Source: Tidjanibacter sp. (GTDB taxonomy: Bacteria; Bacteroidota; Bacteroidia; Bacteroidales; Rikenellaceae). Taken from it: 64,000 bases of DNA. The notes below the pieces were generated by a model. That model saw nothing but the letters and a program-made list of their open reading frames with translations. It was not told the DNA's origin and searched no databases. Made by a program: the position numbers and the translations under genes. The number at the start of each line of letters is the position of its first letter. Positions within the stretch are counted from its first letter, which is position 1. The stretch covers positions 13,808 through 77,807 of the forward strand of contig JAFTUI010000001.1 of the NCBI GenBank assembly GCA_017466345.1. Reading direction: 5' to 3'. Shown piece after piece: positions 1-8,298 of the stretch.

Positions 1-4
1 TATT

Positions 5-247
5 ATGAGAATGGAGGCAGAGGTATCTGCTATCCACGTAATGCTCCAAGAATTGAAGGAGCAGACAGTAGGAAAGGTGTATAACACACAAGAGTTATGT
101 GAGTATCTTAAAGTCGGTAAAGGAACCATTGACAAGTTGAGACTGGACGGCGAGTTGGAGTTTTCAAAGTTGGGCAGAACGATTGTATATACCCAGCGAG
201 ACATTGAGAAGTTATTGGAGAATAATCATTTTAGTTTTGTGGCGTAG
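5..247 (+). CDS. Excisionase-like helix-turn-helix DNA-binding protein
   Basis: 80 aa with the pattern YNTQELCEYLKVGKGTIDKLRLDG...KLGRTIVY typical of Xis/HTH_17; ends 3 nt before the integrase. Confidence 0.75.
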   Translation: MRMEAEVSAIHVMLQELKEQTVGKVYNTQELCEYLKVGKGTIDKLRLDGELEFSKLGRTIVYTQRDIEKLLENNHFSFVA

Positions 248-250
248 TAT

Positions 251-1582
251 ATGGAGGGAAAGTTGAAATTGAGAACAGACGCTACACCTAATGAGTATGG
301 CGAGTATCCAGTAGTGATTATGTATTGCACTATGGGTAAGGCAGTGAGAAAGACATCGGACATCAAGGTTGCCCCAGAGCACTGGTTAGATGGTAAGGAC
401 AACAAGTATGTTAAGGGCGGAAAGGATGGTCATCCAAAGGCAGCACTGCTTAACAACAAGTTGAGAAACTTCAAGGATACATACGATAAGATGATAAACG
501 AGCATCTCGGTGATGGCAACACAATCATAACAGAAGCGGCGTTGAGAGCAATCCTCAATGGAAGATATCAGCAGCATCTTGACACCCAAGAGGGTAAAGT
601 GCCGTTCATACCGTTTGTATTGGAGCATAACGAGGGACTTTACAAAACAGACAAGATTTCAATATCAGTATGGTCGAATGTGAAATGCTATATGAACAAG
701 TTTGATAAGTTTCTTCGCACCATCAAAAGACGGAACACCAATGATGACAATATCCTTTACTGCCGAGATATAACTGCGGATTTGATAAAGGACTATATCA
801 TTTGGAGAAAAGAGGTGGAGGGAAACAGTAATGGCACCATCAACAAGGCACTCTCACCAATTATCAAGACTGTTAAGGCGTGTTGCAGAAAAGGATGGAT
901 AAGCAGAGTGGAGAGTGAAGAAATCAGCGAGTTGTATCTAAATGATGAGGGAAAGTCATTGGATGACAGTATGGAGAAAGAATTTCTTACCATTGAACAA
1001 TTAAGAAAGTTCAAGGAACTTGCTGGTAAGGCGAAGTATGATAGAACACGAGAATACGCGGATGTATTTCTATTTGCTTGTTTCACAGGTTTGCGTTGGA
1101 GCGATTTGATAAGTTTGAAATGGAGCGAGATTGATATGGACAAGTATATGATTGCTCATATGCAATATAAGGGTCATACTCGTAAAGCAAAAATGCTCTA
1201 CATCCCGCTCAATGACATATCAAGAGAGATTTTGGAGAGATGGAAAGGTAAGCACGAGGAGTTCGTGTTCGGACTATTGCCTTCTGGCTATGATTTGAGC
1301 GATGAGGCAGATTTCTTAAAGGTGAAGAATGCTGCGAACAGAACCATCAACCAGTCGCTTCAAAGTATAGGTAATAAGATGGGACTGCCCTTCAACCTTC
1401 ATATACATCTCGGCAGACATACATATGCGATGATGGCACTCAACGGTGGCGTGGATATTAAGACCACCTCTGCATTACTGGGACACGCTTCTACATTGGT
1501 TACGGAGAAGGTATATGCCACATTGCTGCCTAACACGATTGCAGAAATAGTAGGCGACAAACTCAATGTTAAGTTAGATTAA
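251..1582 (+). CDS. Tyrosine recombinase/integrase, Bacteroidetes type (arm-binding, SAM-like and catalytic domains)
   Basis: Catalytic motifs TGLRWSD (R), HLGRH (HxxR), LGH and C-terminal Tyr (KVYA); 443 aa. Confidence 0.95.
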   Translation: MEGKLKLRTDATPNEYGEYPVVIMYCTMGKAVRKTSDIKVAPEHWLDGKDNKYVKGGKDGHPKAALLNNKLRNFKDTYDKMINEHLGDGNTIITEAALRAILNGRYQQHLDTQEGKVPFIPFVLEHNEGLYKTDKISISVWSNVKCYMNKFDKFLRTIKRRNTNDDNILYCRDITADLIKDYIIWRKEVEGNSNGTINKALSPIIKTVKACCRKGWISRVESEEISELYLNDEGKSLDDSMEKEFLTIEQLRKFKELAGKAKYDRTREYADVFLFACFTGLRWSDLISLKWSEIDMDKYMIAHMQYKGHTRKAKMLYIPLNDISREILERWKGKHEEFVFGLLPSGYDLSDEADFLKVKNAANRTINQSLQSIGNKMGLPFNLHIHLGRHTYAMMALNGGVDIKTTSALLGHASTLVTEKVYATLLPNTIAEIVGDKLNVKLD

Positions 1583-1585
1583 CAC

Positions 1586-1616
1586 AAGGACAGAACTTCG
1601 GTTTTGTCCTTTTTTT
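1586..1616 (+). terminator. Intrinsic terminator after the integrase
   Basis: AAGGACAGAAC-TTCG-GTTTTGTCCTT hairpin (cUUCGg loop) followed by a T-run. Confidence 0.85.
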
Positions 1617-1622
1617 GTCTTT

Positions 1623-1854
1623 GGGCAGTGAAGACGGGTAATTATGGGTAAGTTTTTGACCTCAAAGAGCGGTTTTTTAGAGTTGCTCGCTTTCTTGCAA
1701 AAAGTGCCCCAGACAGCGTCAGGGCAGTGTTTGGGCAGTGTGCCACCCCTCACTTACTACTCTTATTTTCGGGAGGATTTGGTCATATTTTCAGGGCAGT
1801 ATTTGGGCAGTTTTCGCTCAATTTTGGGTAGTTTTTGGGCAGTATTTGGACAAA
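1623..1854 (+). repeat. Phased GGGCAGT direct repeats, putative integrase arm-type sites
   Basis: GGGCAGT at 1623, 1722/1733, 1794/1805 and 1837; GGGTAGT at 1826; degenerate copy at 1848. Period is 11 bp within each cluster. Confidence 0.65.
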
Positions 1855-1883
1855 AAAAGACCGATGGGACTACCCAATCGGTC
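1852..1883 (-). terminator. Intrinsic terminator downstream of the DUF2795 gene
   Basis: On the minus strand, GACCGATTGGG-TAGT-CCCATCGGTC followed by T7. Confidence 0.75.
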
Positions 1884-1887
1884 ATTG

Positions 1888-1900
1888 TAAATTGTTGATA
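1888..1900 (-). promoter_or_regulatory. IHF-type binding site at the putative att junction
   Basis: The minus strand reads TATCAACAATTTA, an exact match to the WATCAANNNNTTR consensus. Confidence 0.55.
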
Positions 1901-1927
1901 TTTAGGTTTTTAACCTTTCTCAACCTC

Positions 1928-2149
1928 TTAATACTCGTCCTCGTTAAAGAGGAAATCCTCTTTGCTGGGGTAGTCGGGCCATACGTCCTCGATGCTCTCA
2001 TATACATCGCCCTCGTCCTCAATCTCCTCCAAGTTCTCGATTACCTCCATAGGAAGACCGCTGCGCACTGCATAGTCAATAAGTTCCTCTTTTGTTGCTG
2101 GCCAGGGAGCATCTTCAAGTTTCGATGCCAATTCAAGTGTCCAATACAT
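1928..2149 (-). CDS. DUF2795 family small acidic protein
   Basis: MYWTLELASKLEDAPWPATKEELIDYA is the highly conserved Bacteroidetes DUF2795 sequence. Confidence 0.9.
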   Translation of the reverse strand: MYWTLELASKLEDAPWPATKEELIDYAVRSGLPMEVIENLEEIEDEGDVYESIEDVWPDYPSKEDFLFNEDEY

Positions 2150-2240
2150 AAAACTCTCTGAATTTTAGGTTGTTATGTTAATTCTGTGTTTGTTGCGGTC
2201 TGCAAAAGTATAAAAAAAACATAAAACCACAATAGTTTCT

Positions 2241-2792
2241 CTATTTTCTCCAAATTTTTTCTTCCACACCGAGCCTTTGGGTGCTCCAACGAGAGAGGGT
2301 GTAGAGCAGGTCCGAGAGGCGGTTTACATAGCGCATAAGGCTCTCTGTCACAGCGCACTGCTCGCTTGCTGTGAGGATTCTGCGCTCGGCCCTGCGGCAC
2401 ACCGTGCGGCAGATGTGGCACTGAGAAATTATGCGGTGTCCGCCGGGGATGGTAAAGCCTGCAAATGGTGGTAGCGACTCCGAGAGAGTGTCAATATGTC
2501 GCTCTATGCGCTCAACGTCTTCGGGGCATACCCTTTGGATAGTGCCCTCGTACTTATCCGAAAGGGCAAGTTCGGCTTCTACGGTCATCAAATCCACCGC
2601 CACCTCATCGAGCAGTGCTACCATCTCATCCAATCCCTCCTCAGCGGCAAAGTCCGTCAGCAGGGCTATATGAGCCCCAAGTTCGTCTACCGAACCGTAA
2701 GCCTCCACTTGTGGGGAGTTTTTGGCAACCCTCTCGCCGCCAATCAGCGAAGTGGTACCCTTGTCGCCCGAGCGTGTGTAAATGCGTGCCAT
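2241..2792 (-). CDS. pduO: Cob(I)alamin adenosyltransferase, PduO type
   Basis: RIYTRSGDKGTTSL, YGSVDEL, CRTVCRRAER and NRLSD motifs; start moved to MARIY (2792). Confidence 0.9.
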   Translation of the reverse strand: MARIYTRSGDKGTTSLIGGERVAKNSPQVEAYGSVDELGAHIALLTDFAAEEGLDEMVALLDEVAVDLMTVEAELALSDKYEGTIQRVCPEDVERIERHIDTLSESLPPFAGFTIPGGHRIISQCHICRTVCRRAERRILTASEQCAVTESLMRYVNRLSDLLYTLSRWSTQRLGVEEKIWRK

Positions 2793-2797
2793 ATTTT

Positions 2798-3262
2798 CTA
2801 TATGTTTATGTGTTGTTTCTGTAAATCCTTGCGAGAAATGAGGAGCGTAAATGTGGGTTTTGAGGCACTCATTGAGCGGTGCTCGGCAATCAACTCCTTG
2901 CAGAGTCTGCGCCTTGTGCGACCAACTATGGGGTGTAGTATGCACAAAACTCCCTCCTGCTCCCAGAGCGACCTCGCCATAGCCCTCAGTTGCTCATCGT
3001 GGCACTCTGCGGTAGCAATCATCATCTCGCCCTCGTCCGCCACAGTGTCTACCTTCCACGCCCCGTAGCCCTCTGTTGTGAGGAGGTTTTGGAGCCTTGT
3101 GGCTGTGCGCCTACCCACGCCCCGAGCCCTCAGTGCATCGTAGAGCGAGGTGTCGGAGCCTTTTATGCGGTGTGGCATCATCGCCTCGCGCACAATGCGG
3201 TAAAGCAGTGGGGAGTGCACCCCATAGCCGCGCGAGTGTCGGAGGTGTTCTTCGAGCCACAT
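2798..3262 (-). CDS. Conserved hypothetical protein
   Basis: RHSRGYGVHSP resembles a conserved Bacteroidetes GxGVHSP motif; tightly packed in the minus-strand operon. Confidence 0.65.
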   Translation of the reverse strand: MWLEEHLRHSRGYGVHSPLLYRIVREAMMPHRIKGSDTSLYDALRARGVGRRTATRLQNLLTTEGYGAWKVDTVADEGEMMIATAECHDEQLRAMARSLWEQEGVLCILHPIVGRTRRRLCKELIAEHRSMSASKPTFTLLISRKDLQKQHINI

Positions 3263-3275
3263 AGTCGGGTGGGGA

Positions 3276-4553
3276 CTACAACATTACGTCTTTACTCTTG
3301 CGCAACTGACCGGCAAGACGTCCCGTAGAGAAGGCAATTTGGAGGTTGTAGCCGCCTGTGTTGGCGTCAATATCCATCAGTTCGCCTGCAAAATACAAGC
3401 CCTCCACCTTGCGCGACTGCATTGTGTGTGGGTCAATCTCTGCGAGGTCTACGCCACCAGCTGTAACGATAGCCTCCTCGAAGGGGCGGTAGTCGCTGAT
3501 GGGTAGTACGAAGTGTTTGAGAGCCTCCACAAGACGCTCAATCTTCTCCTCTTTCAGCTCGCCCATAGAGTGTTTGGCGTGCGCACCGCAAGCCTTAGCC
3601 ATAGGCACCACAAGTTCGCGGGGCATAATCTTGCGCAGCAGTTCGCCTACGGTGAGTGTTGCGGGTTGCTCGGCAATCTCGCGGAGTATTCGCTCGCGCA
3701 ACTCATCGTGATCCATAGCGTGTTTGAGATCCACAACGACCTCCACCTTCTTCTCCTCAATCAGCGCATCGACAGCCTTGCGGCTCATACGGAGGATGAT
3801 GGCACCCTCCACGCCACGTTTCGAGAAGAACATCTCGCCAAACTCGCTCTGCGCCACCTCGCCGTCAATCACAAGGTCGGCGTGTACGTTTTTAAGCAAC
3901 AGTCCAGCCATAAAAGGAGCCTCCTCGTAGGTGGTTTCCAGAGGAACGAGCGATGGGCGTATGGGGGTAATCTCGTGTCCCACCTCGTGTGCCATTCGAT
4001 AGCCATCGCCCGTAGAGCCCGTAGCGGGGTAGGAGGCACCCCCTGTGGCGAGAATTACCGCAGGAGTTTCGACCTTGCGCTGGAAGCCGCGAGCATTGCG
4101 ATATGTCACACTGCGCACCTTGCCGCAAACGACATTTATCTTCTCCACCTTGGCGTTGCACTCTACCTGCACACCCTCCTCGCGGCACCAATCAACCAGA
4201 GCCTGAGCGATGTCCCACGCCTTGCCACTCTTGGGGAATACACGTCCGCCACGCTCGGTTTCGAGCTTCACGCCCTTGCGCTCCATAAAACGTATGAGGC
4301 TCTTGTTGTTCCACTGCGTGTAGGCGTATGTGAAGAACCCCGCACCATTCTGCACCTTTGCGAGGAATTCCTCATCGGTGCAGACATTTGTGAGGTTGCA
4401 ACGTCCTTTACCCGTGATGCGGACTTTGCGTCCGGTTTTCTCCATTTTTTCGAGCAACAGCACGCTGTTACCATTCATTGCAGCTGTTCCAGCCGCCATA
4501 AGTCCTGCGGCGCCACCGCCCACGACCACTACATTGTACTCTTTGTGTTCCAT
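3276..4553 (-). CDS. HI0933/YhiN-family flavoprotein (NAD(P)/FAD-dependent oxidoreductase)
   Basis: GGGAAG, ITGKGRCNLTN, GRVFP, ATGSTGDG, VTAGGV and GGYNLQIAFSTG motifs; start moved to MEHKEY. Confidence 0.92.
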   Translation of the reverse strand: MEHKEYNVVVVGGGAAGLMAAGTAAMNGNSVLLLEKMEKTGRKVRITGKGRCNLTNVCTDEEFLAKVQNGAGFFTYAYTQWNNKSLIRFMERKGVKLETERGGRVFPKSGKAWDIAQALVDWCREEGVQVECNAKVEKINVVCGKVRSVTYRNARGFQRKVETPAVILATGGASYPATGSTGDGYRMAHEVGHEITPIRPSLVPLETTYEEAPFMAGLLLKNVHADLVIDGEVAQSEFGEMFFSKRGVEGAIILRMSRKAVDALIEEKKVEVVVDLKHAMDHDELRERILREIAEQPATLTVGELLRKIMPRELVVPMAKACGAHAKHSMGELKEEKIERLVEALKHFVLPISDYRPFEEAIVTAGGVDLAEIDPHTMQSRKVEGLYFAGELMDIDANTGGYNLQIAFSTGRLAGQLRKSKDVML

Positions 4554-4579
4554 AATTGCCACAAAAATACCGATTAAAA

Positions 4580-4607
4580 TTGAGAATTGAGAATTGAGAA
4601 TTGAGAA
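4580..4607 (+). repeat. (TTGAGAA)4 heptamer array
   Basis: Four exact copies in the divergent HI0933/rsmA spacer, just upstream of TATTTTTG (4625-4632). Confidence 0.9.
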
Positions 4608-4658
4608 TTTTAGAATAAATATGATATTTTTGTGGCGTAATAATAGAGCAAGAGAGAA

Positions 4659-5498
4659 TTGGCAACTAAACGACACAACAGCAAAGGGAGGGTAGCGCAC
4701 AAGGTGACGCCATCCAACAACCCCAACTATGTACGTCCGAAGAAGGCTCTCGGACAGCATTTCCTGACGGATATGGGCGTGGCACAACGCATAGCCGAGG
4801 CAATGAGCGAAGGCGGAGATGTCTTGGAGGTGGGGTGCGGTACGGGTGTGCTGACGCAGTTCCTCTTGGCTCGCAAGGATATAACCACTTGGGGTGCTGA
4901 GGTTGATGGCGAGAGTGTGGAGTATCTCCATCGCCACTACCCCGACTTCACGCCACGTCTAATTTTTGGCGACTTTCTGAATTTGCCCCTCAGTGAGATG
5001 TTCCCCAATGGGCTGAAAGTCATCGGCAACTTCCCCTACAATATCTCTTCGCAGATTTTCTTCAAGGTGCTGGACTACAAAGAGCTCATTCCCGAAGTGG
5101 TGGGTATGGTACAACGTGAGGTGGCCCTGAGGATAGCCTCGCCCGCAGGCAACCGCGACTATGGCATACTGAGTGTGCTGATGCAGGCGTGGTATGACAT
5201 CGAATACCTCTTTACAGTCCACGAGAATGTCTTTAACCCACCCCCAAAGGTTAAGAGTGCTGTTGTGAGGATGAGGCGCAATGGTGTGAAGGAACTCGGT
5301 TGCAACGAGGCTCTCTTTGTGAAGGTCGTGAAGGCGGCTTTCAGCCAACGCCGCAAGATGCTCAAAACACCCCTCAGAGCAGTCTTTGGCGATTTCGGGG
5401 GCGCAGAACACGAGTTCTTTGCGCTCCGTGCCGAAGCCCTCTCGGTCGAAGACTATATCGCCCTCACAAATTGGGTGGAGGAGCATACGGAAGGCTAA
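4659..5498 (+). CDS. rsmA: 16S rRNA m6,2A1518/1519 dimethyltransferase
   Basis: KKALGQHFL, LEVGCGTG, IGNFPYNIS and FNPPPKVKS motifs; TTG start is uncertain. Confidence 0.95.
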   Translation: MATKRHNSKGRVAHKVTPSNNPNYVRPKKALGQHFLTDMGVAQRIAEAMSEGGDVLEVGCGTGVLTQFLLARKDITTWGAEVDGESVEYLHRHYPDFTPRLIFGDFLNLPLSEMFPNGLKVIGNFPYNISSQIFFKVLDYKELIPEVVGMVQREVALRIASPAGNRDYGILSVLMQAWYDIEYLFTVHENVFNPPPKVKSAVVRMRRNGVKELGCNEALFVKVVKAAFSQRRKMLKTPLRAVFGDFGGAEHEFFALRAEALSVEDYIALTNWVEEHTEG

Positions 5499-5594
5499 GA
5501 GAACTCTCGCTTATCCGTTATCAAACAAACCTATTGCAACTACCTTGGGTTGCGTAAACATAAAAGAATAAACTAACCATATTTTTTCAGTCCT

Positions 5595-6950
5595 ATGGCA
5601 TCTTGGATTATTGTGACGATAGTTATACTCTCTATTGTATTAGGTGTAGTCTTAACACTCTACCTCCATCCCAGCCGCCGCATCCTCCGAGAGAGGGAGG
5701 AGAGTTTGGCATTGGCTAATGAGGAGGTTGCTACACTACGCACCGAGGCTTTGAACCGTAGCGAGCAGAGGGCTCGTTTGCAGGAACGTATAGCCTCGCT
5801 CGAACCACTTGTGGAGCGCACCGAGAAACAACAACGCGAGATAACCGCCCTCTCGACCGAGAATGCAAGACTCCGTGAGCAACTCCGTCAGGAGAGCGAA
5901 CAAAGAGCCAACCTGCGCCGCGAGAGCGAGCAGAACTTCAAGGAACTTGCCACTGCCATACTCGAAGAGAAGTCGCAGACCTTCAAGAAGAACAACGAGG
6001 AGCGACTGACGGAGATATTGGCACCTTTTAAGGAGAATTTGGAGGGACTGAGAAACAAAATCGACAAGTGTTATACGGATGAGGTTAGCGAGGTTAAGTC
6101 GCTGCGCGATAGTCTTAAACAACTCACCGAACTGAATGCTACCATCTCTCGCGAGGCTCGCGAACTTACGGATGCTCTGAGGGGCAATAGTAAGGTGCAG
6201 GGCGATTGGGGCGAGATGATATTGCGCCAGATACTCGAAAAGTCGGGCTTGGAGGAGGGCGTGAACTTCACTATGCAGGCTACACACAACGCCGATGGTA
6301 GCAAAATTGTGGGCGAGGAGAGCAACTTGTTGCGTCCCGATGTCATCTTCCATCTGCCCGAAGGCAAACATATCGTCATAGACTCCAAGGTGTCGCTTAC
6401 GGCATACGTCAACTATGTCAATGCCACAAGCGAGGAGGAGCGCGAGGCTGCACTTGCGGCACACGTTGCATCGGTCACTCAGCACGTCAAGGAACTAACC
6501 GCCAAACAGTATCAACGCTATGTGAAGGACGCCGCCGACTTTGTAATGATGTTTGTGCCCAACGAGGGCGCCTATATGGCGGCAATGAACGCTGATACGG
6601 GGCTGTGGGAGAAGGCTTACCAACAACACGTTGTCATCATCAGCCCCACACACCTCATCTCGGTGCTGAAACTGATGTACCAACTCTGGACACGCGATAA
6701 GCAGACCAAAAATGCGCTCTCGATTGCCGAAGAAACGGGTAAACTCTACGACAAACTCTGTGGCTTTGTGAAGGATTTGCAGGATGTCGGCTCTGCTCTC
6801 TCGAAGGCTCAGGAACGCTACGATGAGGCGTGGGGTAAACTCTCCACAGGCAAGGGCAACCTCCTGAAAAAAGCCGAAGATATTAAGGCACTGGGCATTA
6901 AGACCGCCAAACAACTCCCCGCAGCAGTTACCGAGCAGTTGGAGGAGTAG
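5595..6950 (+). CDS. rmuC: DNA recombination protein RmuC
   Basis: N-terminal TM segment and coiled coil; QGDWGEMIL, RPDVIFHLP, IDSKVSL and MFVPNEG motifs. Confidence 0.93.
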   Translation: MASWIIVTIVILSIVLGVVLTLYLHPSRRILREREESLALANEEVATLRTEALNRSEQRARLQERIASLEPLVERTEKQQREITALSTENARLREQLRQESEQRANLRRESEQNFKELATAILEEKSQTFKKNNEERLTEILAPFKENLEGLRNKIDKCYTDEVSEVKSLRDSLKQLTELNATISREARELTDALRGNSKVQGDWGEMILRQILEKSGLEEGVNFTMQATHNADGSKIVGEESNLLRPDVIFHLPEGKHIVIDSKVSLTAYVNYVNATSEEEREAALAAHVASVTQHVKELTAKQYQRYVKDAADFVMMFVPNEGAYMAAMNADTGLWEKAYQQHVVIISPTHLISVLKLMYQLWTRDKQTKNALSIAEETGKLYDKLCGFVKDLQDVGSALSKAQERYDEAWGKLSTGKGNLLKKAEDIKALGIKTAKQLPAAVTEQLEE

Positions 6951-6995
6951 ACAGAAGAGAAATCTCAACACAATCAAACAAATAATACCAAACTT

Positions 6996-7658
6996 ATGAA
7001 CGAAGAAAAGAACTTCGCAGTCGCAGTTGCTCCCAAAGTGGCACGCACACAGAAGGTTGCTTGGTGGCTGATGCTCGTAGGTGTGGCTTTGGGAGCAATC
7101 TCATCTCGCCTGCTCTTTGCGGAACCACTGCTGATGCTGGTGGCATTCCTAATGCTCGGTAAGGTGGCATCCAATCACGTTGTTCGACTTGCTTGCAAAC
7201 GTATGGTGTGGGTGCAGGCTGTGATTGCCGTTGCACTGCTTGCGCTGTCGCTTATGTGGATAGATTTGGGCGAAGGCGATATGTTGGCGGTGGATTGGGC
7301 TGTTGCTCTTTTGTGGGGAGTTAATGTGTGGTGCTATGCAGCCATTGCCCGTAGCAAGACGCTCAGCAATGAGAACTTAGGATGGCTCAATGTTATTGCT
7401 ACACTGCTCATCGTGAGGATTGTGAGCATAGCCTTTGGCTTCATCAATTTCTACGAGGCATATAGGATTATCCACATTGCTTGGGCTGTTGTGATAATCG
7501 TTGCGTGGAAGAAGGTGCTGAGTAGCGAGGCTTTTGCGGGTGCGGGATTGACAATCGCCACCGTTGAGCCCCGAGAGGCTTTCAGAGTATTTACCAAATA
7601 CACCATCCTTTGCCTTGTACCCATTGTGGTTGCGGCTGTGGTATTGTTGTTCGAATAA
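6996..7658 (+). CDS. Hypothetical polytopic membrane protein
   Basis: 220 aa with about 7 hydrophobic segments; A-rich upstream region. Confidence 0.7.
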   Translation: MNEEKNFAVAVAPKVARTQKVAWWLMLVGVALGAISSRLLFAEPLLMLVAFLMLGKVASNHVVRLACKRMVWVQAVIAVALLALSLMWIDLGEGDMLAVDWAVALLWGVNVWCYAAIARSKTLSNENLGWLNVIATLLIVRIVSIAFGFINFYEAYRIIHIAWAVVIIVAWKKVLSSEAFAGAGLTIATVEPREAFRVFTKYTILCLVPIVVAAVVLLFE

Positions 7659-7672
7659 AACCGCTGTGAGAT

Positions 7673-8209
7673 ATGAAAGAGAAGATTAAGAATATGATTA
7701 ATTGGCTCCGCTCGTGGGACGATAAACTCTGGGGCGAACAGTTTGCAGGCTCCTCGTGGCTGGGTGTCATCACTATTATTGTTGCCGCCGTTGCGGGTGC
7801 ACTGCTCACAATTTTTGAGGGCGGTCTTGACGATAGTTTCATACCCTACATTGTGGTCATCGCACTTGCTAATATCGTGGAGTCGATACTCTCTGCCAAA
7901 AACACAAAGGTTGCTGTACTGCGCTCACTGCTGATGACTGTGGCTGTTGTGGTGGCAATGTTTGCGGGCGTTGTGGTGGTAGTTGTTGTTGCCCTTGTGC
8001 TACTTGTGATGTTCGCAGGCTTCCTTATGAGCCTTGTTGGCGAGGGCGGTAGCGGCAGTGGCTCCTCGCGCAAACGCAAAATTAAAATTGATGGCGAGGA
8101 AGTTACTGAGAGTAGCGATCTCTTGGGCTTCGATAAGACCTACGAGTCCAAGGAGAGCGACCGCAAGTGGCGCTCCACCGATGGCGGCACGACCGCAACA
8201 GAAGAATAG
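7673..8209 (+). CDS. Hypothetical membrane protein
   Basis: 3-4 TM segments, a Gly/Ser linker and a short polar tail; followed by a strong terminator. Confidence 0.7.
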   Translation: MKEKIKNMINWLRSWDDKLWGEQFAGSSWLGVITIIVAAVAGALLTIFEGGLDDSFIPYIVVIALANIVESILSAKNTKVAVLRSLLMTVAVVVAMFAGVVVVVVVALVLLVMFAGFLMSLVGEGGSGSGSSRKRKIKIDGEEVTESSDLLGFDKTYESKESDRKWRSTDGGTTATEE

Positions 8210-8225
8210 GTATAGCTGAAACGAT

Positions 8226-8264
8226 AAGAGAAGTGCCACCGAAACACTCGGTGGCACTTCTCTT
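8226..8264. terminator. Bidirectional terminator between convergent genes
   Basis: AAGAGAAGTGCCACCGA-AACAC-TCGGTGGCACTTCTCTT, a perfect 17-bp stem. Confidence 0.85.
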
Positions 8265-8298
8265 GTCTTAATGTAAGTTTTGCGAAACTCACGTTCTC

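Larger units (their letters stand above)
1..1900 (+). mobile_element. Right end of an integrative element (IME, ICE or prophage); left part lies outside the window
   Basis: HTH/Xis and tyrosine integrase genes are cotranscribed toward a repeat-rich att-like region. A sampled line (661-720) has 20/60 GC versus 33/60 in glyQS (23701-23760). The exact boundary is uncertain. Confidence 0.8.

Noticed and set aside
4554-4937. N-terminal extensions given in the ORF track (also 14793-15185, 2793-2945, 54355-54453, 58879-58941)
   Set aside because: They run through promoters, repeats or neighbouring genes, and family homology and signal peptides begin at the downstream Met.
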